NCBI GenBank assembly: GCA_036488585.1
Contig: DASXHH010000002.1
Coordinates: 12-64,011, forward strand
DNA length: 64,000 nt
Origin: Candidatus Saccharimonadia bacterium
Lineage (GTDB): Bacteria; Patescibacteriota; Saccharimonadia; UBA4664
Direction of reading: 5' to 3'
In this document: piece by piece, positions 1-8,241 of the stretch
Numbering within the stretch: position 1 is the stretch's first letter
How the letters are laid out: the number at the start of each line of letters is the position of its first letter
Made by a program: the position numbers and the translations under genes
Notes under the pieces: model-generated
What the model was told of the DNA's origin: nothing
Seen by the model: the letters and a program-made list of their open reading frames with translations, nothing else
Database searches by the model: none

Positions 1-222
1 TCGATCGCTCGACCGCAGCAGCAGGCAGCCGGGCAGTAGTGGATATTCGTGAACCTGCACGACCGGCGGCTCGGCCTGTACCTGATGCAGAGCCGCGTTG
101 ACTAGCTCAACGGTTGGCCGTGGTCCAGGCCAGTAAACCCAGCACTCTTCGGGGGACCGCCGCATGGTAGCTTCCAGGGGTAGGTTCCTGGCGCCGCAGC
201 GGTAAACCGCCAGTTCTACCAT
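1..222 (-). CDS. hypothetical protein, partial (open frame runs off the window start; first in-frame ATG at 222, possible earlier GTG start near 360)
   Basis: Uninterrupted minus-strand reading frame from about 395 down to position 1 (…MVELAVYRCGARNLPLEATMRRSPEECWVYWPGPRPTVELVNAALHQ…); same strand and tight spacing with the downstream GT2 gene; no recognisable domain. Confidence 0.25.
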   Translation of the reverse strand, partial: MVELAVYRCGARNLPLEATMRRSPEECWVYWPGPRPTVELVNAALHQVQAEPPVVQVHEYPLLPGCLLLRSSDR

Positions 223-432
223 AAGCTGGCTCTTGTAGGCCAGGTCACCCTGATGGAGCGTGGTGCTAGCGGTCAGGTAGTACCCGCCGTCAGGAAAACT
301 TGGATCGGGCTCGACTGCGACGATCAGGCGTTGCGCGCTATCGTCCTTCAATTCAATCACCTCAGCTCTTCTGTTGAAGTACGGCTGATATACTATACAA
401 TTTTTTGTTATTTCTTACAAGAGTCAAGAAAA

Positions 433-1311
433 TTAGGCGGTGGGCTGGAGGAGCTCGGAGGGCCAGGAGTCACGGAACTCATATAGGTAGGCGGGCGGAA
501 GCTGTCCGGCCTGGAACTGCCCCTCCAGCTCGAGCCAATGGTTGGCCTGAGCTGGATACCAGGTTTGGCCCTGCATGAGGGGCGCCGCGTGGTGCTTGCG
601 GTAGATGGCCTCGAGCTTGCGGGCCCGGCGGTCGTAGGAACCGGAGGCGAAGCGGCCGTCGAGGCCATAGCGCTGGTAGTAATTGAACAGGAATTCGGGA
701 ACATAGAGGAAGCCGTCCGGGTAACGGGCGCCGATTTGCAGCATGAGATCCCAATCCTCTAAGCCGGGCAATTCGGGATCGAAACGGATGCCGGCGTCAG
801 TGATGGCGCGAGTATACATAAAGCCGTCCATGTAGGCCTCGACGCGGGAGTGAAAGATGTCTTGCAAAGTGGCGTGGTCCGGGTAGACGTCTGATTTGTC
901 GCGGCGGACCAAGCGCTGACCGTCTTGATACAGTTCGATATAGAAATGCCCTTTGGGAAAGCCAAAACTGGCCTTAGGGTGGCGGGCAAAATGCTCTAGC
1001 ATAGTTTCAAGGTAGGTCGGCAGGAATTCATCGTCGGAGTCGAGATAGCAGATCCATTCCCCCGCCGCCAATTCCAGGGCGTGATTGCGGGCGGCACTAG
1101 GGCCGGCGTTGTCTTGGTAGTGATACTTGATGCGCGGGTCGCCGAAGCCTTTCACAACCTTAGCAGTGAGATCAGTGGAGCCGTCGTCGATGACGAGTAG
1201 CTCCCAGTGTGGGTTAGTTTGGGCCAGAACGCTCTTGATGGCGTTGCCGATCATAGTAGCCCGGTTGAAAGCGGGCATGATGATCGAGGCGGTGGGCTTC
1301 ATTACTCCCAT
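433..1311 (-). CDS. family 2 glycosyltransferase (GT-A fold)
   Basis: 292-aa ORF; N-terminal 'SIIMPAFNRATMIGNAIKSVLAQT…ELLVIDDGSTD' and 'YLDSDDEF' (DxD) motifs typical of GT2 enzymes. Confidence 0.8.
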   Translation of the reverse strand: MGVMKPTASIIMPAFNRATMIGNAIKSVLAQTNPHWELLVIDDGSTDLTAKVVKGFGDPRIKYHYQDNAGPSAARNHALELAAGEWICYLDSDDEFLPTYLETMLEHFARHPKASFGFPKGHFYIELYQDGQRLVRRDKSDVYPDHATLQDIFHSRVEAYMDGFMYTRAITDAGIRFDPELPGLEDWDLMLQIGARYPDGFLYVPEFLFNYYQRYGLDGRFASGSYDRRARKLEAIYRKHHAAPLMQGQTWYPAQANHWLELEGQFQAGQLPPAYLYEFRDSWPSELLQPTA

Positions 1312-1340
1312 TATAACTCAAGTTATAACTCAAGCATAAG

Positions 1341-1360
1341 AAAAAAGCCGCGAGTGCGGC
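1341..1360 (-). terminator. intrinsic terminator downstream of the minus-strand tRNA-fMet
   Basis: GCCGC-gagt-GCGGC hairpin (1347-1360) followed on the minus strand by a TTTTTT run (1341-1346). Confidence 0.5.
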
Positions 1361-1372
1361 TGAATAATTTCT

Positions 1373-1450
1373 TGGTAGCGGGGGCAGGATTTGAACCTGC
1401 GACCTCTGGGTTATGAGCCCAGCGAGCTAACCGAACTGCTCCACCCCGCG
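1373..1450 (-). tRNA. tRNA-Met, initiator type (anticodon CAU)
   Basis: Reverse complement CGCGGGGTGGAGCAGTTCGGTTAGCTCGCTGGGCTCATAACCCAGAGGTCGCAGGTTCAAATCCTGCCCCCGCTACCA folds as a cloverleaf; anticodon loop CTCATAA; three G-C pairs at the base of the anticodon stem and a C1:U72 mismatch are initiator hallmarks; CCA encoded. Confidence 0.85.
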
Positions 1451-1566
1451 TTATTAACACAGAATAATTTAACAGAATTTAGTTCCGTGGTCAATGATTT
1501 AACCTGAGGGGACGCTTTGCCTCGGTAAAGGCGTATTATGAAGCTGAGAGTTAGCGAGGAGACGGG

Positions 1567-2682
1567 ATGAAAAAAGCAGTTATGGGCTTGGTGGCCGCAA
1601 TGGTGCTATTGGCACCGGCGGTAGCAGCGGCGTATAGCGCCGAGAACCAGCACGATTTGACTTTACCTAAGGGTGAGACCAAGACCGGTACGTACTACGC
1701 CGCGGGCCAGACAGTAACGATTGATGGTGATGTGGATGGAGACCTGATTTGTGCCGGGCAGACTGTGAGTGTTAACGGTAATGTGCACGGCGATGTGATT
1801 TGTGCCGGACAATCAGTGACAGTGAACGGCACTGTGGACGGCAGTGTGCGGCTGGGCGGCCAGGACGTAATCGTGAACGGTAGCGTGGGCCGCAACGTGA
1901 CAGTGGCGGCGCAATCGTTCACCCTGAGCCAGGGTAGCCACGTGAGCGGAGACCTAGGCGTGCTATCGCAAACCGCGGCGGTAAACGGCAGCGTCGACAG
2001 GGACGTGTACGGTCGCATGCAGAGCCTGGCTTTGGGTGCGAGCAGCGGGGCGGTGAGTGTGACCACGGGTGCCCTAACCATGAGTGGCGACGCGAAGGTA
2101 AACGGCAACTTGCATTATGAGAGTGAAAATTCGTTTAACATCGACAAATCCAAAGTGACCGGCGATATTTCGCACAGCACCCCGCCGGCGCGCGATATGC
2201 GAAACGCGGATAACGCAGCCCAGGCCGGCTTTGCGCTGCGGCTGTACTGGATCTTCGCGGGGCTGATTTTGGGTCTGGCGTTTGTGTGGCTGATGCCTGG
2301 GTTAGTGCGGCGAGCGTCCGGGATTATGCGCGAGAAGCCGGGCAAGAGCATAGGCTGGGGCGTAATAGTGTCACTGGTAGGGCCAGCGCTGGCTTTGGTG
2401 CTAATGGTGACAGTGCTGGGATTGCCGCTCGGCTTGCTGGTGGGAGTGGCGTGGCTGCTACTGGTACTGACCAGCTCGATCTTCGCCGGCATTGCCGCCG
2501 GGTTGTGGCTGCTAGACCGGGCAGAGTGGGAACGCGGCTCGCTATGGTGGGCCGCCGCGCTGGGCGTGCCACTGACGGTGATCGTATTGAGCGTGCCGTT
2601 TGTGGGCGGCATTATCGGCCTGGTGGCCACCTGGTGGGCCGTGGGCGGCGTGAGCTTAGCGGCCCGGGCAGCGCGAAGCTAG
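1567..2682 (+). CDS. signal-peptide protein with bactofilin-like (DUF583-type) beta-helical repeats and a C-terminal polytopic membrane domain
   Basis: 371 aa; N-terminal signal peptide (MKKAVMGLVAAMVLLAPAVAAA); repeated 'DGDVxGDLICAGQTVSVNGNVHGDV' units; about four C-terminal TM helices; RBS GAGGAG upstream. Confidence 0.6.
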   Translation: MKKAVMGLVAAMVLLAPAVAAAYSAENQHDLTLPKGETKTGTYYAAGQTVTIDGDVDGDLICAGQTVSVNGNVHGDVICAGQSVTVNGTVDGSVRLGGQDVIVNGSVGRNVTVAAQSFTLSQGSHVSGDLGVLSQTAAVNGSVDRDVYGRMQSLALGASSGAVSVTTGALTMSGDAKVNGNLHYESENSFNIDKSKVTGDISHSTPPARDMRNADNAAQAGFALRLYWIFAGLILGLAFVWLMPGLVRRASGIMREKPGKSIGWGVIVSLVGPALALVLMVTVLGLPLGLLVGVAWLLLVLTSSIFAGIAAGLWLLDRAEWERGSLWWAAALGVPLTVIVLSVPFVGGIIGLVATWWAVGGVSLAARAARS

Positions 2683-3074
2683 GTGCTCGAGCGGCCGGCC
2701 CAAAAATCAATCCATTGCTGGAAGTTAGACTTGGGACCGCTTGATTTCGCAGGGGTAACATCGGCTGAGGGTTGCGGCGCTGGACTGTCTTTTGGAATGA
2801 TCACGACGTTCTCTCCGGGCAGCTGCAGACCAAGCTGCGAGCGGGCCTCACGGTCTTTGTACGAGTTGGTCTGGTAGTACTGAATGTCGTAGGCCAGCTC
2901 TTGCTTTTGGTCTTTGAGCAGGCCGATTTGCTGGTTGAGGGTATCAATTTGATGGCCGAGTTCGTAGTTGCGATGGATAGTTTGGCCGAGCACCACCACC
3001 AGATACAAAACGGCAAACGCACCCAGCACGTTGACGACGCTGGAGCCGGTAATCTGAAATTTCGGTACCCTCAT
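2679..3074 (-). CDS. septum formation initiator family protein (FtsB/DivIC-like)
   Basis: 131 aa; single N-terminal TM helix followed by a coiled coil 'LNQQIGLLKDQKQELAYDIQYYQTN' typical of FtsB/DivIC. Confidence 0.6.
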   Translation of the reverse strand: MRVPKFQITGSSVVNVLGAFAVLYLVVVLGQTIHRNYELGHQIDTLNQQIGLLKDQKQELAYDIQYYQTNSYKDREARSQLGLQLPGENVVIIPKDSPAPQPSADVTPAKSSGPKSNFQQWIDFWAGRSST

Positions 3075-3110
3075 GAGCTTAAGTATATAGTATACTGAGT
3101 CGCGAACCGC

Positions 3111-3186
3111 GGGCCCGTAGCTCAGCGGTCAGAGCAGGCGGCTCATAACCGCTTGGTCGCTGGTTCAAATCCAGCCGGGCCCACCA
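3111..3186 (+). tRNA. tRNA-Met, elongator type (anticodon CAU; could alternatively be a lysidine-modified tRNA-Ile2)
   Basis: GGGCCCGTAGCTCAGCGGTCAGAGCAGGCGGCTCATAACCGCTTGGTCGCTGGTTCAAATCCAGCCGGGCCCACCA; cloverleaf with 7-bp acceptor stem, anticodon loop CTCATAA, encoded CCA. Confidence 0.8.
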
Positions 3187-3364
3187 GTTGACTTATTACT
3201 TATACTGTGTTATTATAACTGTCATCCTTTGACAGTTTTTTGTAATGGGGAGCTATCCGGGCGCATGTCGTGTACCTGGTTAGCTCTCCGTTGCTACCGC
3301 GGCGAGCTTGCATTACCCACTACGACTACGACTGCACAGAGGGTAGCGGACTGGAGAATCGAAA

Positions 3365-3844
3365 ATGCTGTATTATGTCACGCTGGACACAACGCAGACG
3401 GACCACCCGCTGGTCAACGCCATCAAGCGCACCATCGAAGGCGAATCCGTCCCGGGAGCCCGCCTGGTCCAGGCCGGAGAAGTCTGGTACAAGGGCCTGC
3501 ACTGGAAGGAATCGCTCGACGGGTATCGGGCGCAGTTCAGCCACATGGTGGTCGAGGTACCCGCCGTCCTCGACTCGCCTGCCGTGTGCAAGGTCGAGCT
3601 GGAATTCAAGGCAGAGGACCTGGTGGGCATCACGCCAGGGCTCTACGATGACACTCCCGGCATCTCATGCCAGATCACCACGTACCGTCACGAGGGCTCC
3701 CCCGTGTACCCAGTGCGGATCGAGAGCGTGAAGCTGAGGGGTGCCGACGCCTTCTCGACTGTGAACGAGTACTACAGCCGCTTCATGGCGGATCCGTCAT
3801 CCTTCATTCCCACTACGCCCTGGGTGCCAACGGCACCCATCTAG
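3365..3844 (+). CDS. hypothetical protein (no recognisable domain)
   Basis: 159-aa ORF directly downstream of tRNA-Met; coding-like composition; no motif recognised. Confidence 0.45.
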   Translation: MLYYVTLDTTQTDHPLVNAIKRTIEGESVPGARLVQAGEVWYKGLHWKESLDGYRAQFSHMVVEVPAVLDSPAVCKVELEFKAEDLVGITPGLYDDTPGISCQITTYRHEGSPVYPVRIESVKLRGADAFSTVNEYYSRFMADPSSFIPTTPWVPTAPI

Positions 3845-4208
3845 CCGACAAGTAGCAACGGAAGCATCCATGGCAGGTGGCCTAGACGAGAATACTCGCC
3901 CCGGCCCCTGCCTGCTTTCGTTTTATACCATCATATGATGCCATAGTGACAATTCGAAAGTCGGTTCCGACCTCTACGCCGCCATTTCGCAACGGAACAG
4001 ACCATCCGACCACTCGGCTTACACCGAAGCCACCCACTGGCTGAACCACCGCCCCGCCAGGGGCAGCAAGCAACACCTACATAAGGTGGAGCCCAGCTGC
4101 AACTTGGCGGGGCTCTTGATGTTCAGGAGTTCATTGCTAGCCCGGTAGTATTTATACGCTCGGCCTCCCTAAGAACTACATACCAGCTAGTGAGCTCTTC
4201 CCGGATAT

Positions 4209-4251
4209 GGTCCCACCGAGATCCGACTAGGCCCACCAAAGAACTTATGCT
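4209..4251 (+). repeat. degraded tRNA-Met 3'-end-like segment (GGTC…TCC…GGCCCACCA) fused to a CAAAGAACTTATGCT motif; possible att-site scar
   Basis: 4209-4238 GGTCCCACCGAGATCCGACTAGGCCCACCA resembles the last 32 nt of the tRNA-Met at 3155-3186 (GGTCGCTGGTTCAAATCCAGCCGGGCCCACCA); followed by a 15-nt motif shared with repeats at 33194 and 33449. Confidence 0.35.
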
Positions 4252-4369
4252 TAATATTTCGGTTTGCTCCAACTCACACTCTGCGCTTGCCTAGCTAATT
4301 TTCCTATTTGATGTTATTATATCGCGTGCGAAGGTAATTGGAATCCTTCCCGAACGCAAGGGGGCTAAT

Positions 4370-4885
4370 ATGCCGCTCGTGCAAGCCAACTTCAAGAAGT
4401 CGTGGCAGCTGCCAGATGACCCAAGGTGGCCCATTGGCGCAGGCACGCCGTTCCAGCGCGCAGCCTTCGGCATGTGCCAGGAACTGAGTCGTCTTGTGGC
4501 GCAGGCAGTCAACGTCATCGACAATCTCCCCGAAGGCCGGTGGCTCACGGACAACCAAGTAGTCGTAAACCCGGGGATGCTGCACTCACATGCTCTGAAC
4601 GCGAGTGAGGCTCAAATCCTCATCAACCCCGGTGGCGGACCGCGCTACTGGCTCTTCCGAGAGCGCCGACAGAGGCGGCGTCGAGCCCGCATCCACGACT
4701 TCGTGAGAGACGGGCTGGTCCGACTCGAAGCAGGAGATACTGACTGGACGTTCCCCGACTACGACATCGAGATCATCCCGTCCCGGATGACGGGGTCTAC
4801 CACCCGCGGCAACCGCACGATCGGGGAACCGTGGGGCGGGGCGCACTCGATTGTACAGGCGAGCCCCATGCCCACCCACTGCTGA
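4370..4885 (+). CDS. hypothetical protein
   Basis: 171-aa ORF with Arg-rich central segment (RERRQRRRRAR); no recognisable domain. Confidence 0.45.
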   Translation: MPLVQANFKKSWQLPDDPRWPIGAGTPFQRAAFGMCQELSRLVAQAVNVIDNLPEGRWLTDNQVVVNPGMLHSHALNASEAQILINPGGGPRYWLFRERRQRRRRARIHDFVRDGLVRLEAGDTDWTFPDYDIEIIPSRMTGSTTRGNRTIGEPWGGAHSIVQASPMPTHC

Positions 4886-4895
4886 CCGAGTCAGC

Positions 4896-5135
4896 CTATC
4901 GCCCCGCCGGGGCGGCAGCACCGCATAGCGCGGGGCCCTGCCGTTCTAGGTGGGGCCTTGCTATGCCTGGAATTGGTCGGGTTGATGTCATTACGAGGCA
5001 GTGGCGGCCATAGTCCGGCTCAACCTCTGCCATTAACTCCAGTTCGCTAATCTCCTTGCCTTGCATGGATAACACCATGCGGAGTACAGCTAGGCTACAG
5101 GCGGCCATATTATCCTGCTTGTAGTATGGAGGCAT
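4896..5135 (-). pseudogene. peptidase C39 (bacteriocin-processing) N-terminal fragment, about 79 aa
   Basis: 'YYKQDNMAACSLAVLRMVLSMQGKEISELELMAE' matches the C39 N-terminal signature Q…C(G/S)xAxLxMxLxxxGxxISxxEL including the catalytic Cys; far too short for an intact C39 domain (no His/Asp part). Confidence 0.4.
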
Positions 5136-5298
5136 AAGACCATTCTAGCCCCATGACGGGGCTTTAACTTTCACAATTATTTATTCTGAGCTGACGGCCT
5201 GAGAGTCTCATGCGAGATGGGGCGCTCGGGTCGTGGGGCTCCACTGTTGCGCACTAGCGCAGTGGAGCCCCCATGAGGGGTGAGCCTCATGTTGTTGG

Positions 5299-6114
5299 TT
5301 AGTTGGGAAGAGTGGCCAGGGCCTGGGTGCCAGGACGGAGCTCGTGTCCGTAGGAGGTGATGTACTCGCGGAGAGTGTCGGACAGTTGGCCGCCGATCAC
5401 GTCTGCCGGGAGGTACCCGGTCCGGGAGAGTCCCAGATGCACCCGCACCATGTCGATGAACACCTGCTCACCGATGAGCCTGTAAGGCTCCGGGGCAGGG
5501 TTGCGCAGGAAGGACTGAACGGATGGCAGGACGCTCAAGAGCGAAGAATCCGACACGATGTCGAGTTCCTGCTCGGCGATGATCTTGGCGATCACGAGCT
5601 TGGCCTCACGGCTGGTGATGCAACCAAGATGTGCCCGGACCATGTCGGCAAACGACAGACCGGACCATTCGGGCGGCACGCTGCCGTTCACGACCGGCAA
5701 TCCCAGCTGGGTGCGAACGATGTTGACGAACAGATCCCGGTCGAGACCGGGGAACGTCAGGTAGTCCAACAGTGCGGGCCGCAGGCCCAGCATCGTCTGG
5801 AGACCCACTGAGCTCAGTTCGGCTGGCGGAATCAACTCGGCCAGCGCGGCCGGAGCGTCGAAGGCACAGCTGAGGCCGAGCTCGGCGCGGACGAACCAGC
5901 GGCGGAAGGTCCGCCACGAGGGGCCGCGGAACTCGTTCTCAATACCCGCGATGATGTGGAGGGCGGCTTTGAGTTCGGCGTCGGTAAAGGCCGCGAGTTC
6001 GGCCGGCTCCACATAGTGACTGCTCAGGAGCGTGGACACCAGCTGTTCGTGCAAGCGCTTCTCGATGCAGTGTTGAATGTAGTTTGGCGCGGTACGGTCG
6101 ATGGTGTCGCTCAT
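5299..6114 (-). CDS. hypothetical protein with three internal ~35-aa repeats
   Basis: 271 aa; repeats 'FVNIVRTQLGLPVVNG', 'FADMVRAHLGCITSREAKLVIAKI', 'FIDMVRVHLGLSRTGYLPADVIG' (F-x-[DN]-[MI]-V-R-x-[HQ]-L-G); no known family recognised. Confidence 0.55.
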   Translation of the reverse strand: MSDTIDRTAPNYIQHCIEKRLHEQLVSTLLSSHYVEPAELAAFTDAELKAALHIIAGIENEFRGPSWRTFRRWFVRAELGLSCAFDAPAALAELIPPAELSSVGLQTMLGLRPALLDYLTFPGLDRDLFVNIVRTQLGLPVVNGSVPPEWSGLSFADMVRAHLGCITSREAKLVIAKIIAEQELDIVSDSSLLSVLPSVQSFLRNPAPEPYRLIGEQVFIDMVRVHLGLSRTGYLPADVIGGQLSDTLREYITSYGHELRPGTQALATLPN

Positions 6115-6414
6115 GGAGCTCCTCTCCGAGCGGTCAGCGATCTGTGATCTTGTCCCAACTAGTTTTGTGTCAAGGCGGTTCTTAGAATTCTTGGGCTTTG
6201 TTTATAAAACAAAAACGCCTGAGTGGTTCTTCGGAACCTGTCTCAGGTACGCTTGAGCGGTATCAGAGGCAGGTAGCGACGACGGGTCACAACAAACGAT
6301 TTTGCTATTATGAGTCGCGCATACCCTTAAATTTCAGTTGAATGTTAGCACTAGCATGATAGTTTGTCCAGATAGGGCCAAAAGCAAGTGGACAGATGTT
6401 AACATAAGAACAAT

Positions 6415-7050
6415 ATGGGAAAAAGCTACCAAGTAGAGGCCCGCCTGGACCTACCCGATTACGCGGCCGAGCGCCGTTACATAATGATGGAGATTGGTCT
6501 GGCACAGCGGGAAATGGCAAAGTGCCCGCACTGGATACCATTCTCCTATCCGGGCCTAGGGATTCTGCAGCGGGCCGATTGGCGGCGGTATATTCACGAA
6601 CTGGAGCGATATGGCCGGGAGTTGGACCGCAACGAGAACGAGGCGCGAGAAGGTTTGTGGCCGCTAGTGTTTATGGTAGTGAATGACCAGCCGGAGCCGG
6701 TCGCTAATGTGCGCATCCGGCTACAGGTGGAGGGCGGACAGGTGTGGCCCAAGCACAAGCCCCCCACTCGCCCGCTCCGCGTGGACGGAGCACCGGAGCA
6801 GTCTAACACGCCTAGGCTGCTGCGGGCGCGCGGTTTTGAGCGGCGGCATATACGCGTTACGGCGCACGTGGTCGAGGCGGAATTTTCGCGGCTAGAGGCT
6901 CACGACAATGCCCGGCTGCTGAGTCAAACATTGTATGTGGACGCGCGACACGGAGCGCGGATAAAGTTTGAGATTGGTTCGGGCAGCCGATCGCAGCAAG
7001 GGGAAGTCCGGCTGCCGGCCAGTCCTCATGTCTTTCTCAGTCAAAGTTAA
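6415..7050 (+). CDS. hypothetical protein
   Basis: 211-aa ORF, Arg/Glu-rich, no recognisable domain; preceded by 300-nt AT-rich intergenic region. Confidence 0.5.
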   Translation: MGKSYQVEARLDLPDYAAERRYIMMEIGLAQREMAKCPHWIPFSYPGLGILQRADWRRYIHELERYGRELDRNENEAREGLWPLVFMVVNDQPEPVANVRIRLQVEGGQVWPKHKPPTRPLRVDGAPEQSNTPRLLRARGFERRHIRVTAHVVEAEFSRLEAHDNARLLSQTLYVDARHGARIKFEIGSGSRSQQGEVRLPASPHVFLSQS

Positions 7051-7062
7051 TAAGCTAAAAAC

Positions 7063-7515
7063 ATGAAGCGAGTTTTAGTTGTAATAGCAGTATTGGCCGG
7101 CGTGGGAGGACTAATTGCCCTGTTGGGTTACCACCCACATAGCGATGGGCTGTCGCAGGCTGCGTCTTCGAATGGAGGCGGGGCCACGAGTAATAGTACT
7201 GATACACCGACGCCGCAAGCCACCCCGGTGGGCGGATACAAGGACGGCACGTACACCGGCAGCAGCGTTGATGTGGGCTACGGCACAGTGCAGGTGCAAG
7301 CCGTTGTGGCGGGTGGGAAGATCACAGGCGTGAATTTCTTGCAGATGCCGTTTGATGCCAGCCGCTCGGCTATGATTGCCAACGAGGCCAAGCCGATTTT
7401 GCAGCAAGAGGTAATTTCGGCCCAGGTTGCAAATGTAGACCTGGTGTCTGGTGCGACTTCTGACTGGGGAGGCTTCGTGAAGTCGATGCAGGCGGCACTC
7501 GATCAAGCCAAGTAA
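7063..7515 (+). CDS. FMN-binding domain protein (membrane-anchored, extracytoplasmic)
   Basis: 150 aa; N-terminal signal/anchor; 'YKDGTYTGSSVDVGYGTVQVQAVVAGGKITGVNFLQMP…SAMIANEAKPILQQEVISAQVANVDLVSGATS' matches the FMN_bind fold with the flavinylation-type S/T near 'SGATS'; overlaps the start of apbE (ATGA coupling). Confidence 0.7.
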   Translation: MKRVLVVIAVLAGVGGLIALLGYHPHSDGLSQAASSNGGGATSNSTDTPTPQATPVGGYKDGTYTGSSVDVGYGTVQVQAVVAGGKITGVNFLQMPFDASRSAMIANEAKPILQQEVISAQVANVDLVSGATSDWGGFVKSMQAALDQAK

Positions 7516-8234
7516 TGAAGTCGACCCGCCGCATTATGGGCATGCCGGTAACGCTAGAGGTGCCGGATGGTAACGATAGAGCCGCAGCGATGGAGGCGGC
7601 GTTTGACCGGCTCATGTGGGTGGACAAGGTTTTTAGCACCTACAAGCCCGACAGCCAAATCAGCCGGCTAAACCGGGGTGAGCTTAAGGCTGGCCAGTTG
7701 GACAGTGAAGTGCGAGGGGTACTGGCGGCCTGCGAGAAGATGCGCAAAGTGACGGGCGGATATTTCGATATTCGGCGGACAGGTAACGAAATTGACCCGT
7801 CTGGGTATGTGAAGGGCTGGGCCATCGGTGAGGGGGCAGAGATACTGCGGCGGGCCGGCGTGGAACGCTACTTTGTGGATGCCGGCGGCGACATGCAGGT
7901 ACGCGGCGAGTGGCGAGTGGGCATACGCAACCCGTTTAATCGTCAGGAAATCGTGAAGGCGCTGAGGGTCAGTAATGTGGGCGTGGCTACCTCGGGTACG
8001 TACGAGCGCGGTGAGCACATCTACGATCCGCACACCGGCAAGCCAGCGACAGGGCTGGCTAGCCTGACGGTGGTGGGTCCAGATATAGTGACGGCTGATG
8101 TGTACGCGACGGCAGCGTTTGCCATGGGCGCAAATGGTGCTGAATGGGTGGCCGCGCAGGGCCTGGAATGCTACGCCATTGCACCGGATGGAACGGCCAC
8201 GTTTACGCCGGGACTGCGGCAATTATTCTTGTAA
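7515..8234 (+). CDS. apbE: FAD:protein FMN transferase (ApbE/Ftp family)
   Basis: 239 aa; 'DPSGYVKGWA', 'VGVATSGTYERGEHIYDPHTGKPA' match ApbE signature motifs. Confidence 0.85.
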   Translation: MKSTRRIMGMPVTLEVPDGNDRAAAMEAAFDRLMWVDKVFSTYKPDSQISRLNRGELKAGQLDSEVRGVLAACEKMRKVTGGYFDIRRTGNEIDPSGYVKGWAIGEGAEILRRAGVERYFVDAGGDMQVRGEWRVGIRNPFNRQEIVKALRVSNVGVATSGTYERGEHIYDPHTGKPATGLASLTVVGPDIVTADVYATAAFAMGANGAEWVAAQGLECYAIAPDGTATFTPGLRQLFL

Positions 8235-8241
8235 AGGAGTG

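Noticed and set aside
253-704. ORFs 253-486 (+), 408-704 (-), 479-754 (-) overlapping the 3' end of the GT2 gene
   Set aside because: Low-complexity Pro/Ser/Ala-rich translations typical of out-of-frame reading of high-GC coding DNA; the GT2 frame explains the region.
1695-2630. Long antisense ORFs (1695-2108, 2115-2630 minus) inside the bactofilin-like gene
   Set aside because: Shadow ORFs on the opposite strand of a GC-rich gene; no motifs; the sense frame has a signal peptide, repeats and TM helices.
3061-3110. Possible promoter upstream of tRNA-Met (TATAGT/TATACT-like hexamers)
   Set aside because: Several weak -10-like hexamers but no convincing -35 at proper spacing; not confident enough to list.
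6115-6414. 300-nt AT-rich region with hairpin CCTGAG…CTCAGG, considered as a small RNA
   Set aside because: Only a single modest hairpin; fits a divergent promoter region between the minus-strand repeat protein gene and the plus-strand 6415 gene. Not reportable as a feature.
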